This document shows, in pieces, positions 1-9,538 of a DNA stretch of 64,000 nucleotides. The DNA lies in NCBI GenBank assembly GCA_963815455.1, contig CAWFGO010000001.1:1600001-1664000 (forward strand), in the 5' to 3' direction. Each line of letters begins with the position of its first letter. Within the stretch, counting starts at the first letter, position 1. The notes beneath the pieces are model-generated. The model was given only the letters and a program-made list of their open reading frames with translations. It did no database searches and was not told the origin of the DNA. The stretch is from an uncultured Verrucomicrobiae bacterium. Lineage in GTDB: Bacteria; Verrucomicrobiota; Verrucomicrobiia; Chthoniobacterales; UBA10450. Position numbers and translations under genes: made by a program.

Positions 1-104
1 ATCAAAGGATTATCCCACTTTACGAAATGATCCGCAGTTGGCACGTAGTGAGCTGTTCCGGCATTTCGCATTTCGGTGGGTGGAAACGTCGCGAAACCGA
101 TGAT

Positions 105-128
105 CAAGAAATGCGCAGTGATTCCCAA
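105..128 (+). promoter_or_regulatory. candidate regulator-binding site, CAARAAAYGC-N6-WTTSCCAA (copy 1)
   Basis: CAAGAAATGC-gcagtg-ATTCCCAA, 50 nt upstream of the GltD-like ATG; same spacing as the two minus-strand copies. Confidence 0.4.
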
Positions 129-177
129 GCTATGCGCAGGCCGCCGCCCCGGTCGTGCGAGGCTTATAGAAGAAACC

Positions 178-1674
178 ATGTCGGACCCGAACGAAACTCA
201 CGGCGCAACGTGGCCAACAAAACATAACTGGCGTCACATCGCGCGGGAATCGCCCCCTAAACGCGACGTCGCCGAGCGCGTTTGCGACTTCGATGAGATT
301 TACGGCCTGTATGATGAAGCGACGGCCCGTGCGCAGGCCAGTCGCTGTATTGATTGCCCCGACGCCCCCTGCGCTCAGACCTGTCCCCTGGGCAACCGAA
401 TTCCGGTGTGGCTGGCCTTGGTGGCGGACGGGCGCTTCCTCGAAGCGGCGGAGTCGTCGCGCTCCACCAGTAACATGCCCGAAATCTGCGGCCGGGTCTG
501 CCCGCAGGAACGGTTGTGCGAAGGCGCCTGCATCCTGAACGCGCGCTCCGACCCGGTCGCCATCGGGGCGATTGAAAAATTTCTTAACGAGTACGCGTTT
601 GCGCATGACACGGTGGATGGCGCGGTTGCCGCACCTAATGGACTCAAGGTCGCGGTCGTGGGCAGCGGTCCCGGTGGCATCGCCTGCGCGGATGAACTGG
701 CCCGGGGTGGCTACGCCGTCACCGTTTTCGAATCGCAAAGCCGGGCCGGCGGGCTGTTGGTCAACGGCATTCCGTCGTTCAAGCTCGAGAAGCCGATCGT
801 GGAACGGCGGCTCGATCTATTGCGCCGTCGCGGCGTCACCTTCCGCTGCGGTGTCAAAATCGGTCGCGACATTTCGTTGGCGGAGCTGCGCAGACATTAC
901 GACGCGGTTTACCTGGCGATTGGCGCGCAAAAACCGAAACCGCTCGGAATTCCCGGCGCTGATCTGCGCGGAGTCTTCGATGCGTTGCCGTTCCTGATTC
1001 AAAAGAATCTCGACGCAGCGACCGAAGAGCCGCCGGTCGAGATCGCCGGGAAGCGCGTTGCCGTGTTGGGTGGGGGCGATACCGCAATGGATTGTCTGCG
1101 CACGGCGATCCGTTCCGGCGCCCGCGAAGCGATTTGCATTTATCGCCGCGACCTCGAAAACATGCCCGGAAGCCGGCGCGAGTATCTGAACGCGGTGGAA
1201 GAAGGGGCGCGGTTCATGTTTCTAACGAATCCGATCGCATTGTCAGGCGGCGACAACGGTGAGGTTTCCGCCGCGCACTGCGTGCGGATGGAATTGGGCG
1301 AACCGGATTTGAAGGGGCGACGGAAGCCGCGAACCGTTGTCGGGTCTGAGTTCGACGTGCCGGTCGATGTCGTGCTGGTCGCTTTCGGCTTCGATCCGGT
1401 GCCGATCTTTGCGGCCGGCAATTCCGAAAACATTGAAGTCAACGGGTGGGGAGGCGTCGTGGTCGATCCCAATCAAATGACCAGCGTGCCCGGCGTCTTC
1501 GCCGGCGGCGATCTCGTTCGCGGCCCCGATCTGGTCGTGCGCGCGGTGCGCGACAGCCGGAAGGCTGCCGCTGGCATTCACGAGTATTTGTCATCGCAAA
1601 AAAACGCACCGGTAGCCGAGCGCGGCTACGGATACAACCATTGCTTCTGCCAGCCACCGTCAGAGCGCTTGTAA
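178..1674 (+). CDS. GltD-like NAD(P)-dependent Fe-S flavo-oxidoreductase (glutamate synthase small subunit family)
   Basis: CIDCPDAPCAQTCP and ICGRVCPQERLCEGAC Fe-S motifs, VGSGPGG and VLGGGDTAMD Rossmann motifs, FAGGD. Start placed at ATG 178. No gltB in the window. Confidence 0.85.
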   Translation: MSDPNETHGATWPTKHNWRHIARESPPKRDVAERVCDFDEIYGLYDEATARAQASRCIDCPDAPCAQTCPLGNRIPVWLALVADGRFLEAAESSRSTSNMPEICGRVCPQERLCEGACILNARSDPVAIGAIEKFLNEYAFAHDTVDGAVAAPNGLKVAVVGSGPGGIACADELARGGYAVTVFESQSRAGGLLVNGIPSFKLEKPIVERRLDLLRRRGVTFRCGVKIGRDISLAELRRHYDAVYLAIGAQKPKPLGIPGADLRGVFDALPFLIQKNLDAATEEPPVEIAGKRVAVLGGGDTAMDCLRTAIRSGAREAICIYRRDLENMPGSRREYLNAVEEGARFMFLTNPIALSGGDNGEVSAAHCVRMELGEPDLKGRRKPRTVVGSEFDVPVDVVLVAFGFDPVPIFAAGNSENIEVNGWGGVVVDPNQMTSVPGVFAGGDLVRGPDLVVRAVRDSRKAAAGIHEYLSSQKNAPVAERGYGYNHCFCQPPSERL

Positions 1675-2261
1675 AGAATGCGTTCGTGGCGGCGGAATGG
1701 TCTCTGAACCCAAAATTCAATCCGGTCCGGCACCACGCGAAATCCCGACCAGAATGGCGGGCGCGGCACTTCGCCGATCCCGAATCGAATCACGGCCTTG
1801 GCCACTTCGGCTTCCAGCTCAAAATAGCCGTGCATTTCTGTCGATTGCTTCGAGGCCCACGCGCTGATCTGACTTAGCCGCGGGCGCGTTGCAAAATAGG
1901 CGTCGGCTTCTTCATCGCTAACGATCTCCGTCTGTCCGCGAACGCGGACCTGCTTGCCCAGATTGTCCCAATAGAAACAGAGCGCCGCCCGCGGCTCATG
2001 GAGCAACGCCTGTGCTTTCGGGCTTTGCACGTTTGTGTAAAAAACGAATCCCCGCTCGTCGAAGCCCTTGAGCAAGATCATCCGCGCGTCCGGGTACCCA
2101 TCGGCGTCAACGGTCGCCACTGTCATTGCGCCCGGTTCCTTGAATCCCGCTTCGATCGCCTCCTGGTGCCAGACTCGAAAAAGCGCGATCGGATCGTCGC
2201 CGCAATGGGGATGCTCGATTGATTGGGCCTGATCGAGCAGCGGCTCCTTTGCCTCAGACAT
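1626..2261 (-). CDS. pdxH: pyridoxine/pyridoxamine 5'-phosphate oxidase
   Basis: PDARMILLKGFDERGFVFYTN, RPRLSQISAWASKQS, PRPPFWSGFRVVPDRIEFW, C-terminal LYP. Confidence 0.93.
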   Translation of the reverse strand: MSEAKEPLLDQAQSIEHPHCGDDPIALFRVWHQEAIEAGFKEPGAMTVATVDADGYPDARMILLKGFDERGFVFYTNVQSPKAQALLHEPRAALCFYWDNLGKQVRVRGQTEIVSDEEADAYFATRPRLSQISAWASKQSTEMHGYFELEAEVAKAVIRFGIGEVPRPPFWSGFRVVPDRIEFWVQRPFRRHERILYKRSDGGWQKQWLYP

Positions 2262-4677
2262 GGTGTTTCGCCGACCGGTCCTGAATGTAAGCTTGGATCG
2301 CCCCGAATTGGCTTACGCCGTCGAGGCCTGCTTCCGACATGACCATGTCGCCGCGCCCGCTTCCGAGAAAATGCCCATGCCGGAATGGATGGAGTGAGTG
2401 AGCGCGTCCGTAATCGGAACGCACCCAGCGTGACATTGTCGCAAATGTGAAATCGGTGATGCCCATGGCTTCCCGTTGATGCGCTTCGGGAAAAATTCGC
2501 TCGCGCTCGGCTGGCGGCAACATATCGAACAACTCACTTGAGGTGATGACGTAAACATTTAGACCAAGACCTGCGTTATTGATTAACGGTAATGTCTCGG
2601 TCACGAATGCATTCGCGACCCCGGTGCCTTGAAGGACAATTGTGCCTTCGGCATGACCGTTCGCCGAACGCAGACGGTAAACGCCCTGGGCGGCGAGTGC
2701 GGCCGAGGGCAGACCCAGTGCCGCGCGATCAAGTACCGTTTCGGACGGACGCGTGACAAACGGCGCGATGATCGCCGGGCGCTTCGCCAGCGCCGCCGAC
2801 ACCAGGAACCAGATTTCCTGCGGATCCCATGGCGTCAGTGTGATCATCGAGCCGAGCGGAAAGTTGTCCTGAAGCAATTGCAGCGCTTGCGGGTCGGCGT
2901 GGGTCGGACCGTCTTCGCCGGTTTTTAAACCGGCATGCGCGCAGATCAGGAAGAACGGACGGAACGCGCCGCCTTCCATTGCAACGCGTGCCTGGTTGCC
3001 AATCGCGTGGAGCCGCGCTGCGATATGTCCGAGCGGCGCGCTGAATGCGCCGTAGGATGAGCCGGCCCCGATGTGCGCGCCAAACGCTGAGATCCCGGAC
3101 AACATCGACATGATGGCATCTTCGCAAATGCCGCCGATGGCGAGCTGGCGCGCACCCGGGTTGGTCTGCCGGTTGTAAAATCCAGTCGGGAAAGTGTCGC
3201 CCACTTTGTTGATGCTTGTCGATCCAAGCAAGTCGGCCGCGGCAATCACAAACCCACCGTTGGTGGCCTTATTATAATAGTTGAGCGTGCGGCCAAGCTC
3301 GTCGCGCAGCGTTGCCTGGGTCCGGAACTTGAGCGCGAGCTCGCTCGGCGCGTGACCATTAACTTGTCCCGCGATTTGGTAGGCGATGTCGATCTTGGGC
3401 GCGTCGGTGCGCGGTTTGCGATCAGACGTGTTCAACCGCTTTTGCGCGGCGCGCAATTGTGCGGCCAGTGCTTCCACGGTCGATGGCTCCAGTTCGAGCG
3501 CGTGCCGGATGATGCCGAGCGTTTGCCAATAACATTCTTCCAGAATGGTCGCATCCGTTCCGCAGTTGCAGCGCTGGGCGCCGTCGCAATGGGGGATCGG
3601 TTTCTCATCTTTCGGTAACAGCGGCGCGACCGCGGTGAAAAACGCGTTGGAACAGAGCCCGTGCCCGGCCCCATGTGAAGCGCGCCCCTCGATTCCATAA
3701 CGCCAGCCTTTGATCGTGCGATAGACAATCGCGGTGGGTTGGCCGTTATGAAGATCGAGCGCCAGACGCTGCGCGAACGTGATCTGCTGCCAATCGAACC
3801 CGTCCGGCACGTAGATCACGTTCCAATCGTGCAGATAAGCGAGCTCGGCCGGTGTCCATTGCACATAATCGCCGGGCAACTCACCGTCACGACAAACCCG
3901 ATTGGAATCGATCGACGCCTGATTCCAATCGACATGCAGAACGATGTTGTCGAGCGAAGCCGTGCCCGCTGCCGCCAGGGCCTCCGCCACACGGCCCGGC
4001 GTCATCCCGCCTTCGCCCTCTATTATATGTACGCGGGGCGCGTTCTCGCCGTAAACGTCAGCCGCGGCCCAGGCCAAACCGAAGGATGCCGGGATTCCGA
4101 CTCCGGATGCCCCGGTTGAAAGTCGGACGAACGGTGTTGCCGGCGTGGGATGGCCATCGAGAGGTTTCGCGTGAAATTGCTTCAAGAGCGGCGTGTGCGA
4201 GGCCGGGTTGCGGCGAAAGCCGAGTAAATCTTCGAGCCGCAACTGAAATTTCTCGTTCGTTGGCAACAGATCAGGCGCCGCAATTCGCGCGATCTCGTTG
4301 CGCAACGCCCACATTGCGTAAAGACCCAGCGCTTTGTGCCCGGCTGCATAGGAAATAATGTCGGCGTCCAAACGATCCGGACGCGACAGATCGTAATCCA
4401 TCGCGTCGAACAACAAACGGGCCACGAAACGGCCGGACGAAATCGAGCCGCCCGGATGGCCCGACATCGGCGCGTAGTTGTACATCACCGCGCAAAGCGT
4501 TCGATAAAAGAGATCAAATGTTTCGCAATCCTGAAGTGTCGATTCGTCGAGCGGGTCGCCTTCCTCTGCGAGACGTTCAGCTGCGTTGATGAAGACGCCG
4601 CGACGCGGCCCGAATGACATTGTCGATCTTTCAGGGCGAGTCGGCGCCGTTGGCCGTGAAGTGAGTTCTGTTAGCAT
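2254..4677 (-). CDS. single-chain transketolase-like ThDP enzyme
   Basis: SGHPGGSISS, AAGHKAL, LDGHPTP, GEGG...DWN ThDP-like motif, GEDGPTHA. Start inferred at ATG 4677, which overlaps the upstream ORF end. Confidence 0.85.
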   Translation of the reverse strand: MLTELTSRPTAPTRPERSTMSFGPRRGVFINAAERLAEEGDPLDESTLQDCETFDLFYRTLCAVMYNYAPMSGHPGGSISSGRFVARLLFDAMDYDLSRPDRLDADIISYAAGHKALGLYAMWALRNEIARIAAPDLLPTNEKFQLRLEDLLGFRRNPASHTPLLKQFHAKPLDGHPTPATPFVRLSTGASGVGIPASFGLAWAAADVYGENAPRVHIIEGEGGMTPGRVAEALAAAGTASLDNIVLHVDWNQASIDSNRVCRDGELPGDYVQWTPAELAYLHDWNVIYVPDGFDWQQITFAQRLALDLHNGQPTAIVYRTIKGWRYGIEGRASHGAGHGLCSNAFFTAVAPLLPKDEKPIPHCDGAQRCNCGTDATILEECYWQTLGIIRHALELEPSTVEALAAQLRAAQKRLNTSDRKPRTDAPKIDIAYQIAGQVNGHAPSELALKFRTQATLRDELGRTLNYYNKATNGGFVIAAADLLGSTSINKVGDTFPTGFYNRQTNPGARQLAIGGICEDAIMSMLSGISAFGAHIGAGSSYGAFSAPLGHIAARLHAIGNQARVAMEGGAFRPFFLICAHAGLKTGEDGPTHADPQALQLLQDNFPLGSMITLTPWDPQEIWFLVSAALAKRPAIIAPFVTRPSETVLDRAALGLPSAALAAQGVYRLRSANGHAEGTIVLQGTGVANAFVTETLPLINNAGLGLNVYVITSSELFDMLPPAERERIFPEAHQREAMGITDFTFATMSRWVRSDYGRAHSLHPFRHGHFLGSGRGDMVMSEAGLDGVSQFGAIQAYIQDRSAKHHV

Positions 4678-5003
4678 AGGTGTTTTCCTTCCTGGATGAA
4701 GTCTTGAAATCCGGCGACGTCGCTCGCGGCATTGCGAATCCGTGCGAGAGCGATTTGGAGATCGTCCAGCGCGGTCGCGATCGAAAACCGGAGATAATGT
4801 TGACCTTCGGATCCGATGGACCCGAACGATCGCCGATCCATCGTCGCGACCCGATGGCGCCAAAGCAAAAAAATCTGCACCAGTGTCGAGGGACTGCTTC
4901 GTTCGCGCTCGCCCGGTTTCGGTTTTTGCCCGGTCACGACCGGCCTGGTCTTTCCAGGTTCCGGCTTTGTCACCGGCTCCGGCCGAATTAGAACGGTATT
5001 CAT
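4671..5003 (-). CDS. small protein resembling the C-terminal part of a class I/II PLP aminotransferase
   Basis: SFGSIGSEGQHYLRFSIATALDDLQIALARI resembles the aminotransferase C-terminal (F)G..YLR.S.A..L..AL.RI segment; 110 aa with a Pro/Lys-rich N-terminus. Confidence 0.5.
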   Translation of the reverse strand: MNTVLIRPEPVTKPEPGKTRPVVTGQKPKPGERERSSPSTLVQIFLLWRHRVATMDRRSFGSIGSEGQHYLRFSIATALDDLQIALARIRNAASDVAGFQDFIQEGKHLC

Positions 5004-5081
5004 ATGATTTCTTCTCCAGCAATCTCCGTGAATTCTTGAATAAGAAGATTGTTCTTCGAGCCGAAATGCGCCACGCGACTA

Positions 5082-5105
5082 TTGGCAAAAAGCAGGCGTT
5101 TTTTG
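5082..5105 (-). promoter_or_regulatory. candidate regulator-binding site (copy 2)
   Basis: Minus strand CAAAAAACGC-ctgctt-TTTGCCAA, upstream of the transketolase-pdxH unit. Confidence 0.5.
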
Positions 5106-5189
5106 TGATCGCGAATCCGGGCCTGCAACGATGGCCGATCCGCTTGCAGTCGATTTCCGACCCGATCGATCCCGGGCTAATCCAAATCC

Positions 5190-6113
5190 CTACGCAGCCT
5201 TGGTCGTGCGTTTGCCGGTGGCGAGGTGTTCTCGAAACTCGGTTGGCGACTGACCAAAGACTCGCTTGAAGGCGCGATTGAATTGAGTGAGCGATTGAAA
5301 ACCGACGTCGTAGGCGATTTCGCTGATCCGCAGGTTCGGATTCAACAAACGATTTCTGGCATCCTCCAGGCGCACCCGCGCCACATAGTCGGTAAACTTG
5401 AGTCCCGTGCTCTTGTGAAAAACCTTGCAGAAATGAAACAGACTCGCGCCCGCTGCCTTGGCGACGTCGGCGAGTGATAGTTCCTCGGCTTTGTGTTTGT
5501 CAATGTACTCCCGGGCCTTCTGCACAAGGGGCGGCTCCGCATTCTGTTGTTCGAGCACAATCTGATTGATCAAGGTCGAGAGTTGCTCGGCGAAAAATGT
5601 AAGGAGGCGGACGATTCCGCTGTAGCGGTCGGGCGTGCTGAGCGGATTTTTCTCCCAGGCTTTACGGAGTTCGCCGGTGAACCGGACTCCATGGCGCGCC
5701 AATTCGCGGCTCACTCTTGTCGTATCCGATTTGACCGGCAGGTGCCGTAATACCTGCCCGATTCGCAGGTATCCGATGGTTTCCGGGCCGAGCTTCACCG
5801 GAATAGCGGTCTCGGTCAGGCCAAATGGGCAAGTCACCGTGTGTGGAATGTCGCCAGTATGGTGAATCATTTCGTCATGCGCTCGCAAACACACCGCGAG
5901 CGTCGCCGGGTTCTCTGCGAGCAAAGCGCAGAATAAGTTTTCTTGTTTCTTCCCGTGATGGGAAAGTTGCCAATATTCCAAGGGCTGAAGGGCCAGGGGC
6001 AAGCCGGTGGCTTTCGTAAAAACGCCTTCGTAATCGCGAAACAATCGCGATCGCCGCAACATGTCGATCAATTGCTTGTTCGCAGTTGCATCTCGTGACT
6101 CAGCTTGAGGCAT
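5190..6113 (-). CDS. AraC family regulator with PocR sensor domain
   Basis: N-terminal FTKATGLPL, FCALL and TCPFGLTETAIPV...IGQV (PocR-like); C-terminal ISEIAYDVGFQSLTQFNRAFKRVFGQSPTEFR (AraC HTH). Confidence 0.9.
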   Translation of the reverse strand: MPQAESRDATANKQLIDMLRRSRLFRDYEGVFTKATGLPLALQPLEYWQLSHHGKKQENLFCALLAENPATLAVCLRAHDEMIHHTGDIPHTVTCPFGLTETAIPVKLGPETIGYLRIGQVLRHLPVKSDTTRVSRELARHGVRFTGELRKAWEKNPLSTPDRYSGIVRLLTFFAEQLSTLINQIVLEQQNAEPPLVQKAREYIDKHKAEELSLADVAKAAGASLFHFCKVFHKSTGLKFTDYVARVRLEDARNRLLNPNLRISEIAYDVGFQSLTQFNRAFKRVFGQSPTEFREHLATGKRTTKAA

Positions 6114-6157
6114 GTAAGAAACCCGATGGAAGAGTTTCTCTTAGCCCCAATGCCTGG

Positions 6158-6694
6158 TCAATCCGAATCCAGTTCCTGATCCATGAATGGCGACTCCAGA
6201 GCCACCGGCTCCAGCGCGGCGCCACGAGCATTGATGGAAAGCATCTTTGTGCGCGCAGCTTGCAAGCGCCGCAGCATGATCGGGCTCATTCGCTTGAACA
6301 ACTCGTAGCCCAAAGAGTGATCTTTCTCGCAATATTCCCGCAAAATCGTGCCGTAAAAGAAGATCGCTTCCGTCGGCTCGGCCGCGCGGGCGGTAAAATG
6401 CCAGATGTAGGGCGGAAACATCCACGACCATCCAAGCAAATCCCCCGAGCCGATTGTTTCCACGATGACCGGTTCGCCGAAGTCTACGCCGGACTCGAGC
6501 ACGACTTTGCCCCTCTCGATCAAATAGAATCGGTTGGCGATTTCGCCTTCACGCACGACGACCTGCCCGGGCTGGAAACGGGCCGCCATCGCGCAATCCG
6601 TTAGCAGAGCCAGCTGTCTCCGGTTCATTCCCGCCAGGAATGGATGAAGGGCCACGCGCGCGGCCATCGGTTCAACATTTATTGCCGTTCTCAT
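6158..6694 (-). CDS. stand-alone cyclic nucleotide-binding domain protein
   Basis: FQPGQVVVREGEIANRFYLIERGKV, GDLLGWSW, TARAAEPT; no HTH evident. Confidence 0.85.
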   Translation of the reverse strand: MRTAINVEPMAARVALHPFLAGMNRRQLALLTDCAMAARFQPGQVVVREGEIANRFYLIERGKVVLESGVDFGEPVIVETIGSGDLLGWSWMFPPYIWHFTARAAEPTEAIFFYGTILREYCEKDHSLGYELFKRMSPIMLRRLQAARTKMLSINARGAALEPVALESPFMDQELDSD

Positions 6695-6707
6695 GATGTT
6701 CTCCGTT

Positions 6708-7238
6708 CTAGACGAACTCGTGTTCCTTTTCGCGGATGACGAGAACGGGACAGGGCGCCGCGCGGACGACTCGTTCGGCGGTGCTCCCAATGGCGAAATG
6801 TTTCCAGCCCGTATGACCATGCGTGGCCATCACGATAAGATCGACATCTAATTCCCTGGCCGTTTCCACGATCTCGTGCGAGGCGAGCCCGCGACGAAAC
6901 ATCGCGTGCGCCCCGGCGATTCCGCGGCCGCGAGCCGTGCCGACCAGCGCTTTCAAATTCTTTTCTACTCCAGATGATTCTGTTTCCAGCGGAGGCGGCG
7001 GCATGGACAATCCCTCGAACGTTAGCGGCATGATCGGTTCAAGGATGTGTAGGAACGTAAGATTCGCACCGAACTCATGGCCCAAGCGCAACGCATATCT
7101 CATCGCGTTCTCCGAAGCGGGAGAAAAATCTGTCGGCGCGAGTATCTTCTTGATGGCGATACCAGCGTGACCGTTCTTCGTTTGGACGAGAACCTTTCGT
7201 GATTCCCGCGGCTTGGCTGCGCGTGTTTCTATCTTCAT
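6708..7238 (-). CDS. universal stress protein
   Basis: KILAPTDFSPAS and DLIVMATHGHTGWKHFAIGSTAERVVRAAPCPVLV. Confidence 0.93.
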   Translation of the reverse strand: MKIETRAAKPRESRKVLVQTKNGHAGIAIKKILAPTDFSPASENAMRYALRLGHEFGANLTFLHILEPIMPLTFEGLSMPPPPLETESSGVEKNLKALVGTARGRGIAGAHAMFRRGLASHEIVETARELDVDLIVMATHGHTGWKHFAIGSTAERVVRAAPCPVLVIREKEHEFV

Positions 7239-7282
7239 GGCTCTCACTTTGCCGCGCCTGAGAACGTTCCGCTTCGCAGCTG

Positions 7283-7306
7283 TTGGCAAACATTGTGCGT
7301 TTTTTG
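7283..7306 (-). promoter_or_regulatory. candidate regulator-binding site (copy 3)
   Basis: Minus strand CAAAAAACGC-acaatg-TTTGCCAA, upstream of the usp-cNMP-AraC unit; both half-sites identical to copy 2. Confidence 0.5.
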
Positions 7307-7334
7307 CGCAGCGTACGCGTAACGAGAATCTATT

Positions 7335-8042
7335 TCAGCTTTGCCGGGTGCGGCCGAGTTCTTCGAGCAATTCGATCTGGATTTGCTGAATCTCGAAGAG
7401 GCGATTGTATTGCCGCCGCAGGAGATGATCGATCTTTTCGTGCAGGTGCCGGATTTCCAATTCGGCCTTGAGATTGATTTTGTAATCGTTCTCGGCCCGT
7501 AACCGATCCCGCGCCTCGGCCCGGTTCTGGCTCATCATAATCACCGGCGCCTGAACGGCAGCCAGACAGGACAGAATTAGATTGAGGAGGATGAACGGGA
7601 ACGGATCGAATGCACGGGTTACCAGAACAACGCCGTTGATGGCGATCCAGACGAAAAGAACGCCGCCAAATATGATCAGGAATTTCCAACTGCCGCCGAA
7701 CTCGGCGATGCGATCGGACAATCTTTCGCCAAAAGTCAGTTTTCGTTCGAACTGTTTGCTGATGTTGGCGGAAAGAAGCTCGTGCTGCTGCAAGCTCTCG
7801 ACCACTTCCTGGTCAAGCTGGGTCAATTCACCGAGCTCGTCTTCGAGTACCACTTTGACATATTCTTTCCGAAGCGAGCGCATATCGTCGAAGCAGGCAA
7901 AGTCCTTGCTATCGCAATCCGGCAGCCGCTTTTTAATGAATTGAAAGAGCGACGGTCGAATCATGTCGAGAATCTGTCCCTGGTCTGGCGACATCGGTTT
8001 TTTGCAGATGCAGCAAATCGGTTGGTGATCGGGCTTGCTCAT
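7335..8042 (-). CDS. DUF1003 family membrane protein
   Basis: GERLSDRIAEFGGSWKF, FDPFPFILLNLILSCLAAVQAPVIMMSQNR, DYKINLKAELEI. Confidence 0.9.
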   Translation of the reverse strand: MSKPDHQPICCICKKPMSPDQGQILDMIRPSLFQFIKKRLPDCDSKDFACFDDMRSLRKEYVKVVLEDELGELTQLDQEVVESLQQHELLSANISKQFERKLTFGERLSDRIAEFGGSWKFLIIFGGVLFVWIAINGVVLVTRAFDPFPFILLNLILSCLAAVQAPVIMMSQNRAEARDRLRAENDYKINLKAELEIRHLHEKIDHLLRRQYNRLFEIQQIQIELLEELGRTRQS

Positions 8043-8230
8043 CGAACGGAACAATAAGATCGGTTCGCCCCATGTCGATCCCGAGTTGCCTCGATTGCCC
8101 ACGGGTGATGTCCACGCGCCGGTCGTCACTTCCGGCGCGACGTTGCGCACCTAATCGCCCCGCGCTGGTAGCAACCAACGAATACACCGATTCCGTCTTG
8201 AATGGGCGATTGTCGATCCTAAGTTAACCC

Positions 8231-8734
8231 GTGCGGGTTTTGGCCATTGATGCGTCGTTGCGGAATACAGGGGTCGCGATTGTCGATGCCAACAATGGCT
8301 CGATGCGCTCGCTTTATTTCGGCACCATTCATAACGCGAGCACGCTGCGGTCGTCGTCGTGTCTGGTTGCGATCCGCGACCGGCTGGCGGAATTGATTCG
8401 GGCGCACGAACCGGATTGCTGCGCGCTCGAGTCGGTGATTTACGTCCAGAGTCATAAGACCGCGATTTTGCTCGGAGCGGCGCGGGGAGCGGCCATTCTC
8501 GCGGCGGCCGAGAATGGGCTTCCCGTTTTTGAATATCCGCCGAAGCGGATCAAACAGGCCACGGTGGGGCAGGGCGCGGCTGGGAAAAATCAGGTCGCGT
8601 TCATGGTGCGGGCCTTGCTTGGTTTAACCGAGACGCCGGACGCGGACGCGGCCGACGCGCTCGCCATCGGATTGACGCATTTGCGGGCGCAGGAAGCGGC
8701 CCGCCTCGGGATACCGAACGCGAAACAAATATGA
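8231..8734 (+). CDS. ruvC: Holliday junction resolvase RuvC
   Basis: LAIDASLRNTG, CALES, LGAARG, IKQATVGQGAAGKNQV, DAADALAI. Confidence 0.93.
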   Translation: MRVLAIDASLRNTGVAIVDANNGSMRSLYFGTIHNASTLRSSSCLVAIRDRLAELIRAHEPDCCALESVIYVQSHKTAILLGAARGAAILAAAENGLPVFEYPPKRIKQATVGQGAAGKNQVAFMVRALLGLTETPDADAADALAIGLTHLRAQEAARLGIPNAKQI

Positions 8735-9420
8735 ACAGGGCACAAAACAAAACGTTCGAATGGCGCTGGCTGGGGCAGGTAAAGTTTGCCGATGCGCTGA
8801 AGATGCAGGAGGACCTTGTCGCGCGAAAGCGAGATGATCGCACGGCGCCGGATCAACTTCTGATGCTGGAGCACGAGCCGGTTTACACGATTGGCCGGAC
8901 ACCGGACCAATCGAGTCTGCTCGATCCGGCCAGTTTGCCGCATCCGTTGCACACGATTAATCGCGGGGGCCAGGCGACGTATCATGGCCCGGGACAACTG
9001 GTGGGCTATCCGATTGTCGATCTTCGCCGGTGCGGACAGGATTTGCACAAGTATTTGAGATGGATTGAGGATTTGTTAGTCAAAACGCTGCGCATCTTCG
9101 ACATCGGCGCGTGGACCCGGCCCGGTCTCACTGGGGTGTGGGTCAAGGGCGGCAAGATCGCATCGATCGGCGTGGGCGTGCGGCATTGGATAACGATGCA
9201 CGGGTTCGCTCTGAACGTTTGCGGCGATCTCACGCCGTTCGATCACATCGTGCCCTGCGGCATTCAAAACGTGACCATGACTTCGATCGAAAAGGAAACC
9301 GGCAAAACATTTTTGCCCGAGGATGTGAGCCGGCGCGTAGCGGAGATCGCCTATCATTCGATTGCGAATCTCACCAGCGAAGGTTCGCTCCTGCAAATCA
9401 CGCCGGTTCTGCGGTTTTGA
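8731..9420 (+). CDS. lipB: lipoyl(octanoyl) transferase
   Basis: LEHEPVYTIGR, RGGQATYHGPGQLVGYP, KIASIGV, HGFALNV, IVPCG. Confidence 0.95.
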   Translation: MNRAQNKTFEWRWLGQVKFADALKMQEDLVARKRDDRTAPDQLLMLEHEPVYTIGRTPDQSSLLDPASLPHPLHTINRGGQATYHGPGQLVGYPIVDLRRCGQDLHKYLRWIEDLLVKTLRIFDIGAWTRPGLTGVWVKGGKIASIGVGVRHWITMHGFALNVCGDLTPFDHIVPCGIQNVTMTSIEKETGKTFLPEDVSRRVAEIAYHSIANLTSEGSLLQITPVLRF

Positions 9421-9538
9421 TTTAGGGCTGCTCGCTGTCTGGCTGGCGCAATCGAAAGGCGGCAGAGCACTGTCGAAGACGTCCCAATGCTAAATATGCT
9501 GGAAAAGGCGCGAGCAAATTGTTACACCAGAGTCGCCA

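Noticed and set aside
178..1674. Assigning the symbol gltD
   Set aside because: No gltB partner is visible, and GltD-like proteins serve several different complexes.
4678..5088. N-terminal extension of the transketolase ORF (944 aa)
   Set aside because: Not protein-like, and it overlaps the 4671-5003 ORF and upstream regulatory DNA.
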